Shown piece after piece: positions 52,006-53,248 of a stretch of DNA of 53,248 nt. Source of the DNA: Acaryochloridaceae cyanobacterium VAR_48_metabat_390 (GTDB lineage: Bacteria; Cyanobacteriota; Cyanobacteriia; Thermosynechococcales; Thermosynechococcaceae); NCBI GenBank assembly GCA_031422435.1, contig JANPLU010000134.1:1-53248 (forward strand), written 5' to 3'. The translations under genes were made by a program, and so were the position numbers. Below the pieces are notes generated by a model. It did not search any database and was not told the DNA's origin. It saw only the letters and a program-made list of their open reading frames with translations. Every line of letters starts with the position of its first letter. Position 1 is the first letter of the stretch.

Positions 52006-52668
52006 ATGAGTGCAGTTAGAGTGCGGCAGCACGTTAATCCGCTAAGCCACAAATATCAAAGCTCTATTGAAGCCCCAAACTGGGCAACGCTCTTTCAAAC
52101 GCCCACTAACCCACTGCACCTTGACATCGGCTGTGCCCGTGGTCAGTTTTTACTAGAAATGGCGCAGGCCAAACCCGACTGGAACTTTTTGGGCGTAGAA
52201 ATTCGGGAACCCCTCGTGATTCGCGCCAATGAAGTACGCGACGAACTAGGACTTAAAAATCTTCACTATTTATTCTGTAATATCAATGTTTCTCTTGCCA
52301 CCCTGCTTGGCTCACAAACGCTTGCGGGTGCAACAATTCAATTTCCTGACCCCTGGTTTAAGAAGCGTCACCAAAAGCGTCGAGTTGCCCAGCCAGAACT
52401 TATTCAAACCCTGGCACAGCATATCCAGCCAGACGGGTTTCTATTCATTCAGTCCGATGTCCTTGATGTGGCAGAGCAAATGCGCGCAGTCATCAGCACC
52501 CATGCTGCATTTCAACCGAGCGCTGAGTCTGCACCCTGGATGGCTCATAACCCACTGCCCATTGCGACAGAGCGAGAAACTGGCGTTCTATTAGAAGGAA
52601 AACCCGTCTATCGCTGCTGGTTTACCCGTCTTCCCAGTTCGCAAACCCAGTCCCCTAAAATGCCTTAG
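52006..52668 (+). CDS. trmB: tRNA (guanine-N7)-methyltransferase
   Basis: VRVRQHVNPL, LDIGCARG, GVEIR, FPDPWFKKRH, TERE. Confidence 0.95.
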   Translation: MSAVRVRQHVNPLSHKYQSSIEAPNWATLFQTPTNPLHLDIGCARGQFLLEMAQAKPDWNFLGVEIREPLVIRANEVRDELGLKNLHYLFCNINVSLATLLGSQTLAGATIQFPDPWFKKRHQKRRVAQPELIQTLAQHIQPDGFLFIQSDVLDVAEQMRAVISTHAAFQPSAESAPWMAHNPLPIATERETGVLLEGKPVYRCWFTRLPSSQTQSPKMP

Positions 52669-52808
52669 GTAGAGAGCATCCCTTTCAGACAAACGCTTCT
52701 ACCATCAAGATGCACACAAGGTCATTAATGCAACATTATTTAAAAATTTGTTGCGCTACAGTAGAAGTTGTAAGGGGATAGTTTGCCCCCACTGTGGGAC
52801 GGTATGCC

Positions 52809-53248
52809 ATGAGTCTCAAAAACTGCATTCAGGTTCGTCCACTAGAGTCTATCCGTGGCGGAATGGCAGAATTTTATACGCCACAGGCCAGTCATGAAAC
52901 CATGCTGGTCAATATTCCTGCTGGAACCATTGATGAACTGTTTGTCCATCATTTTCAAACGGATCAACTTTTAGTCGTGCGGGGCAGCTTTGTTTTAGTG
53001 GCCTTGCAAAACCGACAGTACCACTACATTGCGCTAAGTGAATCTATTCCAGCGATTATAACCATTCCACCAGGTATTCCTCACGGTGCAGTGAACCTTA
53101 GCTCTGAACCCTGCATGATCGTCAACGCGGTGCTTCGACACGGGGCGGCACACCCAACAGACTACCGCCCTATGAAACCGCCTTTTAATTACGATCTCGA
53201 CGCAATTCGGGCAGCTTTAGGGCGGCAATTTACTCCGCTGAGTGCTTA
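52809..53248 (+). CDS. RmlC-like cupin protein (stop codon cut by the window edge)
   Basis: Translated by hand: MSLKNCIQVRPLESIRGGMAEFYTPQASHETMLV...FVHHFQTDQLLVVRG...IPPGIPHGAVN; not in the ORF track. Confidence 0.8.
   Translation, partial: MSLKNCIQVRPLESIRGGMAEFYTPQASHETMLVNIPAGTIDELFVHHFQTDQLLVVRGSFVLVALQNRQYHYIALSESIPAIITIPPGIPHGAVNLSSEPCMIVNAVLRHGAAHPTDYRPMKPPFNYDLDAIRAALGRQFTPLSA

Larger units (their letters stand above)
1..53248. repeat. HIP1 octamer GCGATCGC dispersed throughout the window
   Basis: Many copies visible in most genes. Confidence 0.95.

Overview
Cyanobacterial chromosomal window, identified by dense HIP1 GCGATCGC octamers, NtcA boxes and cyanobacteria-specific genes. 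Housekeeping genes include glk, speA, ubiD, gmd, sppA, nrrA, holA, crtE, folD, sipA, NAD kinase and trmB, plus tRNA-Pro(UGG) and tRNA-Arg. Accessory modules are: (i) an NtcA-driven Nit1C-type flavoprotein with a GAF-LuxR regulator; (ii) an 8-gene triuret/biuret uptake and catabolism operon next to tRNA-Pro (BMP-type ABC transporter, stand-alone allophanate-hydrolase C-domain, BiuH, cupin, TrtA) with a divergent porin; (iii) a cyanoexosortase A/WcaJ/gmd envelope locus preceded by an orphan peptide with a lasso-type leader; (iv) a complete mysABCD mycosporine-like amino acid cluster. The most unusual observations are SdhB continuing in frame into a complete HLIP chlorophyll-binding helix, the orphan lasso-leader peptide with a non-lasso core, and a tRNA-Arg with the body of the usual ACG isoacceptor but a UCG anticodon. 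No CRISPR array, integrase or transposase was seen. All calls come from motif recognition by eye; no searches were run.
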